Shown here in pieces: positions 53,014 through 63,213 of a stretch of DNA of 64,000 nucleotides (position 1 is its first letter; every line of letters begins with the position of its first letter). The position numbers were made by a program, and so were the translations under genes. The notes below the pieces were generated by a model, which had not been told where the DNA came from, did not search any database, and worked only from the letters and a program-made list of their open reading frames with translations. The DNA is from an uncultured Spirochaetota bacterium (lineage in GTDB: Bacteria; Spirochaetota; Brevinematia; Brevinematales; JAOACQ01), in assembly GCA_963835575.1 (NCBI GenBank), contig CAWIGG010000004.1:192001-256000 (forward strand), read 5' to 3'.

Positions 53014-53307
53014 AAGAAGCTTAAATTCAAACGGTAAGCGGATTAATGTTTTTTAATAAATTACTTCAGGAGATTACCGGTATCAGGTTTTAATTCCCGA
53101 ATGTATGTTATCAGACAACACTGCGCATGTATTCATACGGGATTAAAAAATTTCAACGGCTTAATTCCTCTTATTGTTCCAAAGAAATGAAAAAATCGAT
53201 ATCTTATTTGTATAAATTAAATATTTTTATTATATTTAATTATTGAAATTGAAAAAGTTGCGGTTAGCGCAGGTAATTCCTGAAATTGATTAAATTGGGG
53301 GATTGTA

Positions 53308-54888
53308 ATGAGCGCTGATGTAAAAAAAAACATCCTGGTTGTTGAGGACGAAGAAAATATCTTAAAAGACATATCTCAGACGATCGGGGGCTTCGGTTAT
53401 GGCGTTTTTACCGCTAATACCGGTGAAAAGGCCGTTGAAATCGGGGTTAATAACGAATCAATCAACCTCATTATCATGGATATCAATCTCGGCAATGGGA
53501 TTGACGGCACCGAGGCCGCGCGGATAATTCTATCAAAAAGGAATGTTCCTATTGTCTTCTTTACTTCAACCATTGATCAGGAGCTGGTGGAGAAAGTAAG
53601 CGGTATTACCCGCTATGGATATGTTCTCAAGAATTCCGGGGAATTTATCCTGAAATTATCCATAGAGATGGCTTTTGAATTGTTTGAAGCGAACAGGAAA
53701 AATGAAGAAACAATGGAGTCCCTTTTACTTTACCGCAATAATCTGGAAGAACTGGTACTGAAAAGGACGCAGGAAGTGCAGGCCAGCGAGGCCCGCTACC
53801 GGCTGATCGCCGATTTCGCCGTTGATTGGGAATCTTACTCCAATGTATCAGGTGAAATTACTTATTTGAACAAAGGGTTTGAGAGAATAACCGGTTATAC
53901 CGTCGAAGAACGGCTGTTAAATAAAGTTACATTTGAAGACCTCTGTTTTACGGAAGACCTGCCGGCCATTCAGGAAAAAATGGACGAAGTTTTTGTGCAT
54001 AAAAAGATAATCACCAATTTCCAGCACCGGATCAAGCATAAAAACGGGTCTGTCCGTTATGTGTCATTATCTTCAACACCGGTAATAACTGATACCGGCT
54101 CTTTCGCGGGGGTCAGGTCCAGCATCCGCGACATAACGGAATTGAAAAAAATGGAACACGAAAAAATGATCCGGGACAATTATTTTATCAATATCCAGAA
54201 GCTTGTGTCGCTTTCATCGCTTTCATCGGCAATTGCGCATGAAATCAGGCAGCCTTTGCAGCTGATTAAGGTACTTACCGATACCATTTTACTCAGGTAC
54301 AAAAAAAACTCGGCTTTAAACGAAATGGACCGGAAAAACCAGGGTAATTTAATAGAATTGTCGAATGGCGTATTGAGAATAGACAAAATCATCGACAGTA
54401 TGTACCGGTTATTCAAAACAAGCGATAAGGTGGATTTGCAGTATCTCAACATCGATTCCATAATGGAAAATATGGTCAAAAGTTACAAGCTGAAAAATAA
54501 CATCCTTCCGATTGAGATAGAATTGGTCATGCAAAAATATCCGTCTCGAATTTACGGGGATGAGATATTGATCGAGCAGGTTGTCACAAATATCATCAAC
54601 AACGCCGTTGATGCGCTGAATTCCGTTCAAGATGACGGGAAAAAGATAACCATCCGGACATGGAGCGAATCCAATGATGTAATTATGGAAATCAGCAACA
54701 ATGGGCCCTTAATCCCCGAGCATATTAAAGATAAAATATTTGATCCGCTGATCACCACGAAAAAAAATCCGGATTCCATGGGTATGGGGCTTTTTCTGGT
54801 CCAGAATATTGTCAAGGCAATGAATGGGAAAATTGAGGTTTACGTGAATGAATTGAATGAAACAACCTTCCGGATTGTCTTTCATTAA
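53308..54888 (+). CDS. Hybrid sensor kinase REC-PAS-HisKA-HATPase
   Basis: VVEDE/IMDI receiver, PAS/PAC (SIRDITE), AHEIRQPL, NAVDA, G.GLFLV. Confidence 0.9.
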   Translation: MSADVKKNILVVEDEENILKDISQTIGGFGYGVFTANTGEKAVEIGVNNESINLIIMDINLGNGIDGTEAARIILSKRNVPIVFFTSTIDQELVEKVSGITRYGYVLKNSGEFILKLSIEMAFELFEANRKNEETMESLLLYRNNLEELVLKRTQEVQASEARYRLIADFAVDWESYSNVSGEITYLNKGFERITGYTVEERLLNKVTFEDLCFTEDLPAIQEKMDEVFVHKKIITNFQHRIKHKNGSVRYVSLSSTPVITDTGSFAGVRSSIRDITELKKMEHEKMIRDNYFINIQKLVSLSSLSSAIAHEIRQPLQLIKVLTDTILLRYKKNSALNEMDRKNQGNLIELSNGVLRIDKIIDSMYRLFKTSDKVDLQYLNIDSIMENMVKSYKLKNNILPIEIELVMQKYPSRIYGDEILIEQVVTNIINNAVDALNSVQDDGKKITIRTWSESNDVIMEISNNGPLIPEHIKDKIFDPLITTKKNPDSMGMGLFLVQNIVKAMNGKIEVYVNELNETTFRIVFH

Positions 54889-54979
54889 GGTGGTCCTAAA
54901 AATCGCGCAAACTTGTACCTTTAGAATAAAATAGCGTATAATCATAGTTGTACGAAAGTTACCGGGAACGGGGTTGGCG

Positions 54980-55053
54980 AACCACGGAAGGCACTGAATA
55001 CACGGAATGAGAACGTGATAGTTTTTTCTGTGCTTTCCGTGTTTTCCGTGGTT
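54980..55053. repeat. Intergenic inverted repeat of 9-nt tandem units
   Basis: aaccacggaaggcactgaatacacggaa ... ttctgtgctttccgtgttttccgtggtt. Confidence 0.75.
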
Positions 55054-55083
55054 ACACCTGCCGTTAAGAAAGAGGATGGTTGA

Positions 55084-56535
55084 ATGAAAGCGTTGATAGT
55101 GGATGACGAAGTAAAACTTTGCGAGGCTTTAGAGGGTTATCTTCAGGAAATTGAAGGGCTTTCGATAGACAAAAGTTACGACGGCAAAGACGCGTTGGAG
55201 AAAATCTGGCTCAATAATTATGACCTGGTTATCAGTGATATAAACCTTCCCTATATCAATGGCCTGGAATTGTTGAAAAAGGCCCGGAAAATGAACCCTA
55301 AATTGAAATTTATCCTGATATCCGGGATCGATAGCGTTATTGAATCCATCAATTCCATTGAGCTTGGCGTAACTGATTTCCTGACAAAACCAATCGATAC
55401 GGGCAAATTGGCGGGTTTGATTGAGACTATCAAGAAGGAAGTTTCTGTTTCCGGAAAAAATGACCTGGCGGGTGGTTGGCCGGAAATAGTGAACAGGCGC
55501 TTTATCAGCCAATTTGAAGAGAATAGCGGCGCTTTTATTCATATTAGCAATAACCATAACCTCATAGCCGCTTCGCTGCCTATGAAAAACATTTTAAAAA
55601 AACTCGACAAACTTCGTGATTACCCTGAAATTCCAGTTTTAATAGAAGGAAAAACGGGTGTCGGCAAGGAAGTGGCCGCCCAATACCTGCATTTCGGCAT
55701 AACCGGCGGCGATAAACCCTTTGTTGCCCTCAACTGCGGGGCCATTTCAAAAAACCTGTTTGAGTCGGAGCTTTTCGGTTATGATAAAGGGGCTTTTACA
55801 GGCGCGGACCCAAAAGGTAAAGACGGCAAAATAAAGCTCGCGGAAAACGGAACGCTGTTTCTGGATGAAATTACGGAAATCTCCCTGGAAATGCAGGTGA
55901 AATTGCTCCGGGTAATCCAGGAGAAGGAATATTACAAAGTGGGGGGCACAAGGCAGTATCCGGTGAATGCCAGAATTGTTTGCGCCGGCAACCGTTCCAT
56001 ACCAAAACTGATCCATGAGGGAGAATTCCGGGAAGATCTTTATTACAGGCTGAATGTCTGCAAAATCCTGGTCCCATCGCTTAAACAAAGGAAAGAGGAT
56101 ATTGCGCCATTGGTATTTCATTTTATGGAGCAATTCAATCATCAAAATCATACCAACATCTGGGAAATTACAGGGGAAACACTTGTATTCCTGGAAAATT
56201 GCGAATGGCCGGGCAATATCAGGGAATTAAAGAACGCGGTATTTAAGGCGCTGCTTTTTAATGAAAAAAGTTACATGTCGCTGGACAACTTCAATTTTTT
56301 AGGACAGCGTAAAAAGGCAGACGCAGAGACGCAGAATTCTGCGTCTCTGCGTCTGGACGCAGAAAAAGTTGTCCTTCCCGAACTCCCTTTTTCTCTTGAG
56401 GAATTCAACCATAAAGTCATTGAAGCCGCCCTGGTTAAATTCGGCAATAATAAGACAAAAGCGGCGGAATTCCTGGGGCTGAACCGGGTCCAGATGTATT
56501 ACCGCTATAAATCAAGAAAAGACAAGAAAGAATAA
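55084..56535 (+). CDS. NtrC-family sigma54-dependent response regulator
   Basis: REC, GKTGVGKE, ESELFG...GAFTGA, LFLDEI, WPGNIREL, Fis-type HTH. Confidence 0.95.
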   Translation: MKALIVDDEVKLCEALEGYLQEIEGLSIDKSYDGKDALEKIWLNNYDLVISDINLPYINGLELLKKARKMNPKLKFILISGIDSVIESINSIELGVTDFLTKPIDTGKLAGLIETIKKEVSVSGKNDLAGGWPEIVNRRFISQFEENSGAFIHISNNHNLIAASLPMKNILKKLDKLRDYPEIPVLIEGKTGVGKEVAAQYLHFGITGGDKPFVALNCGAISKNLFESELFGYDKGAFTGADPKGKDGKIKLAENGTLFLDEITEISLEMQVKLLRVIQEKEYYKVGGTRQYPVNARIVCAGNRSIPKLIHEGEFREDLYYRLNVCKILVPSLKQRKEDIAPLVFHFMEQFNHQNHTNIWEITGETLVFLENCEWPGNIRELKNAVFKALLFNEKSYMSLDNFNFLGQRKKADAETQNSASLRLDAEKVVLPELPFSLEEFNHKVIEAALVKFGNNKTKAAEFLGLNRVQMYYRYKSRKDKKE

Positions 56536-56670
56536 ACCCGTAGAGACGTGATTAAAGCTGCTGAATAGTACCCGGAACTTCGCCCATAATGCGCCCATAA
56601 ATTTGGAAATTTTTGCCGGCCCGTTAAGCCACCGGGATTATTTTATTCGGTTCATTATAATTTTTCCACT

Positions 56671-56748
56671 GTGCGGCCGGGCAAGGCCGGCCGGTCCAGC
56701 GGGTGGAAACCCCGCTTCGGAAGGCAGGTCAGCCGCCGAAAAGCAAGG
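56671..56748 (+). ncRNA. Structured leader resembling the 5' end (domain I start) of a group II intron
   Basis: Starts GTGCG; GGGTGGAAACCCC hairpin, then GAAGGCAG...TCAGCC...GCAAG; no intron ORF or domain V seen. Confidence 0.45.
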
Positions 56749-56757
56749 AGGTAGAAA

Positions 56758-58351
56758 ATGTTCGGGGAAAAAACCGTAACAAAATCCCAGGAATACGCCG
56801 AAAGCATCATCAACACCGTCCGTGAACCCTTAATTGCTCTGGACCAGGATTTAAGGGTGGTCTCCGTCAGCCGTTCCTTCTATGAAGTCTTTAAGGTAAA
56901 ACCTGAAGAGACCGTGGGACAGCTTATTTATGACCTGGGCAATAAACAGTGGGATATCCCCAAGCTGCGGGAACTGCTGGAAACCATCCTTCCCCAAAAA
57001 GCAACTTTTGATAACTATGAGGTTGAACACGATTTTGCCACCATTGGCAGGCGCATAATGCTTTTGAATGCCCGGCAAATTCAAAGAGTGCTGGGAAAAG
57101 AGCGGATCATTCTCCTGGCCATCGAGGATATTACCGAGCGCAGGGAGATAGAAAACGGGCTGGAAAAAGCCCGTAAAGAACTGGAAGCAACTAAAATATC
57201 CGAAGATGAAGCCCGCGAATACGCCGAGAGCATCATCAACACCGTGCGTGAACCCTTAATCGCTCTGGACCAGGATTTAAGGGTGGTCATCCGTCAGCCG
57301 TTCCTTCTATGAAGTCTTTAAGGTAAAACCTGAAGAGACCGTGGGGCAGCTTATTTATGACCTGGGCAATAAACAGTGGGATATCCCCAAGCTGCGGGAA
57401 CTGCTGGAAACCATCCTTCCCCAAAAAGCAACCTTTGATAACTATGAGGTTGAACACGATTTTGCTACCATTGGCAGGCGCATAATGCTTTTGAATGCCC
57501 GGCAAATTCAAAGAGTGTTGGGAAAAGAACGGATCATCCTCCTGGCCATCGAGGACATCACCGAGCGTAAGGAGATAGAAAATGGTCTGGAAAAAGCCCA
57601 TGAAGAGTTAAAGGAGTTGGCCGCCGAGTTAAAACGTACCGCCCGGGTAAAATCTGAATTTTTGGCCAACATGTCGCATGAGCTCAGGACCCCGCTTAAC
57701 TCCATTAACGGTTTCTCTGAGGTATTATACGACGAGACTTTCGGACCGCTTAATGAGAAGCAGAAGAAATACGTTAATAATGTTTTAACCAGCGGAAAGC
57801 ACCTTCTCTTACTGATAAATCAGATACTTGATATGGCAAAAGTTGAAGCCGGAAAGATGAAGCTGGCATTATCCAGCTTACCCATGAAAAGCTTGTTAAA
57901 TGAGATTTCAATGCTGGTAGCGGATATGGTCAGTAAAAAGAAGCTTCAAATGTTGCTTGAAATAGCCGAAGATCTGCCGAATATTGAGGCGGATGAGCTC
58001 AAGGTAAAAGAGATAATTTACAACCTGCTTTCAAACGCAGTTAAATTTACCCCCGAGGGTGGTAAAATTGGCATGCGGGCGAAGAAAGCCGATTCCGAGA
58101 TAGAAATAGTGGTCTGGGATACGGGGGTCGGTATCGCACCTGAAAACATGGGGAAAATATTTGAAGGGTTTTTCCGTGTCGATACTCCATATTCCCGGGT
58201 AACTGAGGGGACCGGACTCGGTTTACCGCTCTCTAAAAAGCTGGTTGAGCTGCACGGCGGGAAGCTTTCTGTAGAATCAGAGGGGCTAAATAAAGGCACC
58301 TCGGTCCGGTTTACTTTGCCTATTATATCCAGAGAAGGTGGTGTGAGATGA
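56758..58351 (+). pseudogene. PAS-PAS-HisKA-HATPase kinase split by a +1 frameshift at ~57289 (ORFs 56758-57312 and 57341-58351)
   Basis: Copy 1 reads gtggtctccgtcagc, copy 2 reads gtggtcatccgtcagc; FLANMSHELRTPL, NAVKFT, GTGLGL. Confidence 0.8.
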
Positions 58352-58713
58352 AGAAGAAAGCATTAGTTGTCGATGATAATGGAAACAATCTGATGCTGGA
58401 AAAAGACCTTTTGGAGGTCGCCGGCTTCGAAGTATTTGAAGCTGAAAATGCTTCCAGCGGAATTGCCATTGCCAGGAAAGAAAAACCGGATATTATAATT
58501 ATGGATGTGCGGCTTCCGGATATGCGCGGTTCCGAAGCCGCCAGGATATTACGTCAAGACAAAGAGACGCGCGATATTCCCATTGTTTTTGTAACTGCTT
58601 CTGTAATGGCGGAAGGCAGGGAAGAGATAAAAGACATAACTAACACCGGATTTATAGGTAAGCCGATAAATACGCGCACCTTTGCGAAAGAAATCAGTCA
58701 ATTTATTAAGTGA
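58348..58713 (+). CDS. Single-domain response regulator (DivK-like)
   Basis: VVDDN, IMDV.LP, VTAS, KP. Confidence 0.9.
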   Translation: MKKKALVVDDNGNNLMLEKDLLEVAGFEVFEAENASSGIAIARKEKPDIIIMDVRLPDMRGSEAARILRQDKETRDIPIVFVTASVMAEGREEIKDITNTGFIGKPINTRTFAKEISQFIK

Positions 58714-58756
58714 GTTTTCTAATATGTTGAAAAGTCAAATTCAAAAGAGATAGAGG

Positions 58757-60103
58757 ATGAAAGACAAACCGGTAATCTTAGTTGTTGATGACCAGCCCCA
58801 AAACATTGAACTTCTCGAAGCATATCTTGTTCCGCAGGGTTATGAAATTGTCAAGGCGGCAAACGGTGAAGAAGCGCTGGGGAAACTTTCCGGTAATCAA
58901 ATCGATCTGATTCTGCTGGACGTAATGATGCCCGGCATGGATGGTTTTGAAGTTACCCGCAGGGTCAGGCAGGATAATACACATCGGCTGCTTCCGATAA
59001 TCCTGGTTACCGCATTGCGGGAAACGGAAGACCGGGTAAAGGGAATTGAAGCCGGTTGTGATGATTTTATTTCAAAGCCTGTTGATAAGATGGAGCTTTT
59101 AGCCCGGGTCCGGTCCCTGCTAAAGGTCAAGGCCTACAACGACTTGATGAGTAATTACCGGAAAGAGCTGGAAGCAACTAAAATATCCGTAGATGAAGCC
59201 CGCGAATACGCCGAGAGCATCATCAACACCGTGCGTGAACCCTTAATCGCCCTGGATCAGGATTTAAGAGTAGTCAAAGTCAGCCGTTCCTTTTATGACG
59301 TCTTTAAAGTAAAACCTGAAGAGACCATGGGACAGCTTATCTATGACCTGGGCAATAAACAGTGGGATATTCCCAAGCTGCGGGAACTGCTGGAAACCAT
59401 ACTTCCCCAAAAGACAACCTTTGACAACTATGAGGTTGAACACGATTTTGCCGCCATTGGCAGGCGTATAATGCTTTTGAATGCCCGGCAAATCCAAAGA
59501 GTGTTGGGAAAAGAGCGGATCATTCTCCTGGCCATCGAGGATATCACTGAACGCAAGCAGGCAGAGGAAAAGATCCAGCAGATGGCCTTCCATGATTTCC
59601 TGACGGGTCTTCCCAACCGGAAGCTCTTCTTCGATCGCCTGGGCATTGTCTTGGCCCATGCCCGGAGAAATAAAAAAAAAGTAGGAATCGCGATGCTCGA
59701 CCTCGACAATTTCAAGGATGTGAATGATACCTTTGGCCATGATGCAGGGGATATACTTCTCAAAGCAACGGCAGAGAGGCTAAGTGTGGCGCTGAGAAAG
59801 GGTGATACCGTTGCGCGCTTCGGCGGCGACGAGTTTGTACTGATCCTTCCTGACCTGGAGGTAATAGAAGATGTGATCCGGGTTGCACAGAAGATCGTTG
59901 ACAGGTTTCGTGAGCCCATCCTTATTAACACTCATCAACTCGTTGTGACAATGAGCATCGGCATCGCTGTCTATCCCGATGATGGAATGGATGAAGGTAT
60001 CCTCCTGAAAAATGCCGATATCGCCATGTATCAAGCCAAGCAGGCAGGGCGGGCCCGGTACCAGCTCTGTAAAAAGTCTAATTCAAAAGAGGATAGAAGA
60101 TGA
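58757..60103 (+). CDS. REC-PAS-GGDEF diguanylate cyclase
   Basis: HD.LTGLPNR, DLDNFK.VND..GH, RFGGDEF, AD.AMY.AK. Confidence 0.93.
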   Translation: MKDKPVILVVDDQPQNIELLEAYLVPQGYEIVKAANGEEALGKLSGNQIDLILLDVMMPGMDGFEVTRRVRQDNTHRLLPIILVTALRETEDRVKGIEAGCDDFISKPVDKMELLARVRSLLKVKAYNDLMSNYRKELEATKISVDEAREYAESIINTVREPLIALDQDLRVVKVSRSFYDVFKVKPEETMGQLIYDLGNKQWDIPKLRELLETILPQKTTFDNYEVEHDFAAIGRRIMLLNARQIQRVLGKERIILLAIEDITERKQAEEKIQQMAFHDFLTGLPNRKLFFDRLGIVLAHARRNKKKVGIAMLDLDNFKDVNDTFGHDAGDILLKATAERLSVALRKGDTVARFGGDEFVLILPDLEVIEDVIRVAQKIVDRFREPILINTHQLVVTMSIGIAVYPDDGMDEGILLKNADIAMYQAKQAGRARYQLCKKSNSKEDRR

Positions 60104-61248
60104 AAGACAAACCGGTTATCTTAGTTGTTGATGACCAGCCCCAAAACATTGAACTTCTCGAAGCGCATCTTGTTCCGCTTGGTTATGAAATTGTCAGGGC
60201 GGCAAACGGTGAAGAAGCGCTGGGGAAACTTTCCGGCAATCAAATCGATCTGATCCTGCTGGACGTAACAATGCCCGGCATGGATGGTTTTGAAGTTACC
60301 CGAAGGGTCAGGCAGGATAATACACATCGACTGCTTCCGATAATCCTGGTTACCGCATTGCGGGAAACGGAAGATCGGGTAAAAGGAATTGAAGCCGGTT
60401 GTGATGATTTTATTTCAAAGCCTGTTGATAAAATGGAGCTTTTAGCCCGGGTCCGGTCCCTGCTAAAAATCAAGGCCTATAACGACTTACTGAGCAAAAA
60501 GCAGCGAGAGATCGATTCGGATTTCCAGCAGGCGACACTGGTCCAGAAGACCATCCTGACGCCGAAAAGCGTCTACGGTTCGATCGAAGGCCTGGAGATC
60601 GGCATCCATTACCTGCCGATGAATGGAAACATCAGCGGGGATTATTACAATATCAGCCCGATGAAGAACGGGATTGCCTCAATACTGATCGCGGACGCTT
60701 CGGGCCATGGCATCCATGCGGCTTTATCGACCATGCAGATTGACCTGTTGAACCGGGATAGTTTGTCGGTAAAGTATCCGGATGAGCGGATGGAACAAAT
60801 CAACCGGCAGATGGTGGAACGGCTTTCCAGTAAGAACTTCTTCACCGGTTTCCTCGCCCATGTGCACCAGGACAGGCTCTATTATTCATCTGCCGGCCAT
60901 CCCACCCAATTCCTGGTGCATCCATCCTCCGGTGAGATTGTCCCTCTGAAAACCCGTGGTATGGTGATCGGAATGTTCGATGATTGCGTTTATGAAATGA
61001 AAGAGGAGAAAATCACTAAAGGGGACGGACTGTTCCTCTTCACGGACGGAATATTCGAAGAGTTCAACAGTAAATGTGAGGAATGGGGTGAAGCCGGTCT
61101 TAAGTCATTTCTGAGCGGCAGAATGGGAAAACTGGCCGGGATGCCGGTAAATCAGTGGGGTCAGATGCTGCTGGATGAAATGAACCGCTACCGTGAGGAT
61201 ATCCTGATCAACGATGATATCACCATTGTCTGTGTCAGAATGATCTAA
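60100..61248 (+). CDS. REC-SpoIIE (PP2C) phosphatase
   Basis: SGDYY, ADASGHG, AGH, FTDG, DDIT. Confidence 0.9.
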   Translation: MKDKPVILVVDDQPQNIELLEAHLVPLGYEIVRAANGEEALGKLSGNQIDLILLDVTMPGMDGFEVTRRVRQDNTHRLLPIILVTALRETEDRVKGIEAGCDDFISKPVDKMELLARVRSLLKIKAYNDLLSKKQREIDSDFQQATLVQKTILTPKSVYGSIEGLEIGIHYLPMNGNISGDYYNISPMKNGIASILIADASGHGIHAALSTMQIDLLNRDSLSVKYPDERMEQINRQMVERLSSKNFFTGFLAHVHQDRLYYSSAGHPTQFLVHPSSGEIVPLKTRGMVIGMFDDCVYEMKEEKITKGDGLFLFTDGIFEEFNSKCEEWGEAGLKSFLSGRMGKLAGMPVNQWGQMLLDEMNRYREDILINDDITIVCVRMI

Positions 61249-61347
61249 TACCAAGTTGCAATCAATATAGAGCAACTTTTGTGCAGAACTCAGCTATGCT
61301 GAGGAGGGAGCACAACCTATAGTTGCTCTTTGATTGCAACTTGGTAT
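61248..61347. mobile_element. MITE-like ~100-bp inverted-repeat element
   Basis: ataccaagttgcaatcaa..agagcaact ... agttgctct.ttgattgcaacttggtat. Confidence 0.55.
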
Positions 61348-61754
61348 AAAAGCAATTCTCCCCATTCCGGGATAAAAACAAACTCCCTATTATGTATGAA
61401 GTCCAAGGCTTTGTATTTAGTACCTGTGCGGAAATCGGCATTTCAAATTCATAAAACAAAAATTTGCCGCATACAGTCCGGATTTTCTAAAAATTCCATT
61501 TATAACTGAAACGGGAAGAGAAGTTCGATGGGAAGTTCATGATCAGTACTTCGGATGATTCGATGCCTGTGGAAGATATCGCATTGGGGTATAAGCAGAA
61601 GTTAAAGATTGAACGGGTATTCAATGGAAAATCCCATTCCGGGCCGATAACCGTGAATAGCAAAGAAAAGGGGCATCGGGAAACACCCGAAGCCCCTTTC
61701 TTTACGCTATATATTAGTTATGACTGTCCCTGCCTGGGGACCGAATCCCTTAGC

Positions 61755-62540
61755 CTACTTTTGAGTCACTGTACTGGAGTCTAATGTCACAGCAGTCTGT
61801 GCCAACAGTCTGCCGTTCACTGTCGCGCCGGTATTTACCACAATCGATGTTTGATCCAGAATATTTCCATTGAAAACAGATGTTGTGCCAAGTGCCGTTT
61901 GGCCGGCGACTACCCAGAAGATGTTCTTCGCCAGTGCACCGCCGCTTAGGATAATATGTTTAGCAGCGCTGATATCGAGAGTCCCTGCTATCTGGAAGAT
62001 CCAGACATCATCAGGACCGCCGTTGAGAGTGACATCGCTGTTTATCAAAAGTCCGGTGCTCCATTTGTAGAGACCGGGAGTGAGTGTCATCCCGCTAATA
62101 TTTCCGGCTCCAAGTTCAATATAATCCGGTAAAGTCCGCCCGGCCGCATCGTTGTACGCAGTCAACATGTCGCTTACAGCAATGGTCAGGATAGAAGGAG
62201 TTGGAGACGTATAGTCTGCCGCATACACCTTTCCGATAACCTGGCCGGATGTCGAAAATATACCCGTGCTATCCAGTATTAATGAGAATCCCGTAATGGC
62301 GCCGGAAGCGATCGGGCTCACGCCGATATCGCCGGTCACTACGGAGGTTGGAACGGTTGAGATCCCTGATTTTGCAAGAATCACAAAATTACCGGCTGTT
62401 CCAAGGCTTACCGGTAATGGACCTGCCGCTATAGCTGCCATTGTTACGGAACTCGCAGGCGCAAATGCGGAAGGCGTTATTGAACAAGCTGTTAAAGCGA
62501 ACGCGCAGGCCAGCAAACCGATTGTAATAATTTTCTTCAT
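61755..62540 (-). CDS. Ice-binding DUF3494 lipoprotein, copy 2
   Basis: Same motifs as copy 1; lipobox LTAC. Confidence 0.92.
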   Translation of the reverse strand: MKKIITIGLLACAFALTACSITPSAFAPASSVTMAAIAAGPLPVSLGTAGNFVILAKSGISTVPTSVVTGDIGVSPIASGAITGFSLILDSTGIFSTSGQVIGKVYAADYTSPTPSILTIAVSDMLTAYNDAAGRTLPDYIELGAGNISGMTLTPGLYKWSTGLLINSDVTLNGGPDDVWIFQIAGTLDISAAKHIILSGGALAKNIFWVVAGQTALGTTSVFNGNILDQTSIVVNTGATVNGRLLAQTAVTLDSSTVTQK

Positions 62541-62768
62541 AATTTTCTCCTAAATTTTTTCATAAAACACATAAACCGAAACCCTAAAAACAAAAAGATT
62601 ACTGATTACCTCATGTTATATCTCCTTCATTATTATTTAATTCCCTTACCGCCGCGTCACACACAAGCGTGGCGCGCAGAACAATCTAATTCACGGCAAC
62701 TTTAAAAAGAACTCTCATATTCGTTCATGCCGATTTTTCCTGTATCGAATGGTGAACAAGCTTATATA

Positions 62769-62785
62769 AGCAATATCCATGCCAG
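62769..62785 (-). promoter_or_regulatory. sigma54 promoter for ice-binding gene 2
   Basis: CTGGCATG-GATA-TTGCT. Confidence 0.72.
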
Positions 62786-63213
62786 CATATTCCTTTATGG
62801 TAAAAAAGGAATTATACAAACATATTACCGGATGGTAATAATTCACCGGCAGAAGCAATGATATGTAAAAAAGCATCGGAAAAAGCGAGTAACTTTGGAG
62901 ACTAAAAATAATGCGTATATGTCTGTATATTAAAGAATAACGCCAATAATCAAATATAATTTACCCCAATAAACAGTCTCAATTTCAGACGCTTTTTTGG
63001 GGTAAATTAAGAAGCTTAAATTCAAACGGTAAGCGGATTAATGTTTTTTAATAAATTACTTCAGGAGATTACCGGTATCAGGTTTTAATTCCCGAATGTA
63101 TGTTATCAGACAACACTACGTAGGGTTTCACACGGAATTAAAATTTTCAACGGCTTAATTCCTCTTATTGATCCAAAGAAATGAAAAAATCGATATCTTA
63201 TTTGTATAAATTA

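Larger units (their letters stand above)
51545..53220. repeat. Direct repeat copy 1 (IS1634-like remnant + terminator + ice-binding gene + ~630 bp upstream)
   Basis: Aligns with 61501-63214 from tataactgaa to tttgtataaattaa. Confidence 0.92.

Noticed and set aside
56671..56748. c-di-GMP riboswitch or complete group II intron
   Set aside because: I could not match the c-di-GMP-I or -II consensus, and no domain V/VI or RT follows; kept only as a fragment-like leader.
57285..57312. Programmed ribosomal frameshift
   Set aside because: No slippery heptamer; sister repeats show a simple one-base insertion.
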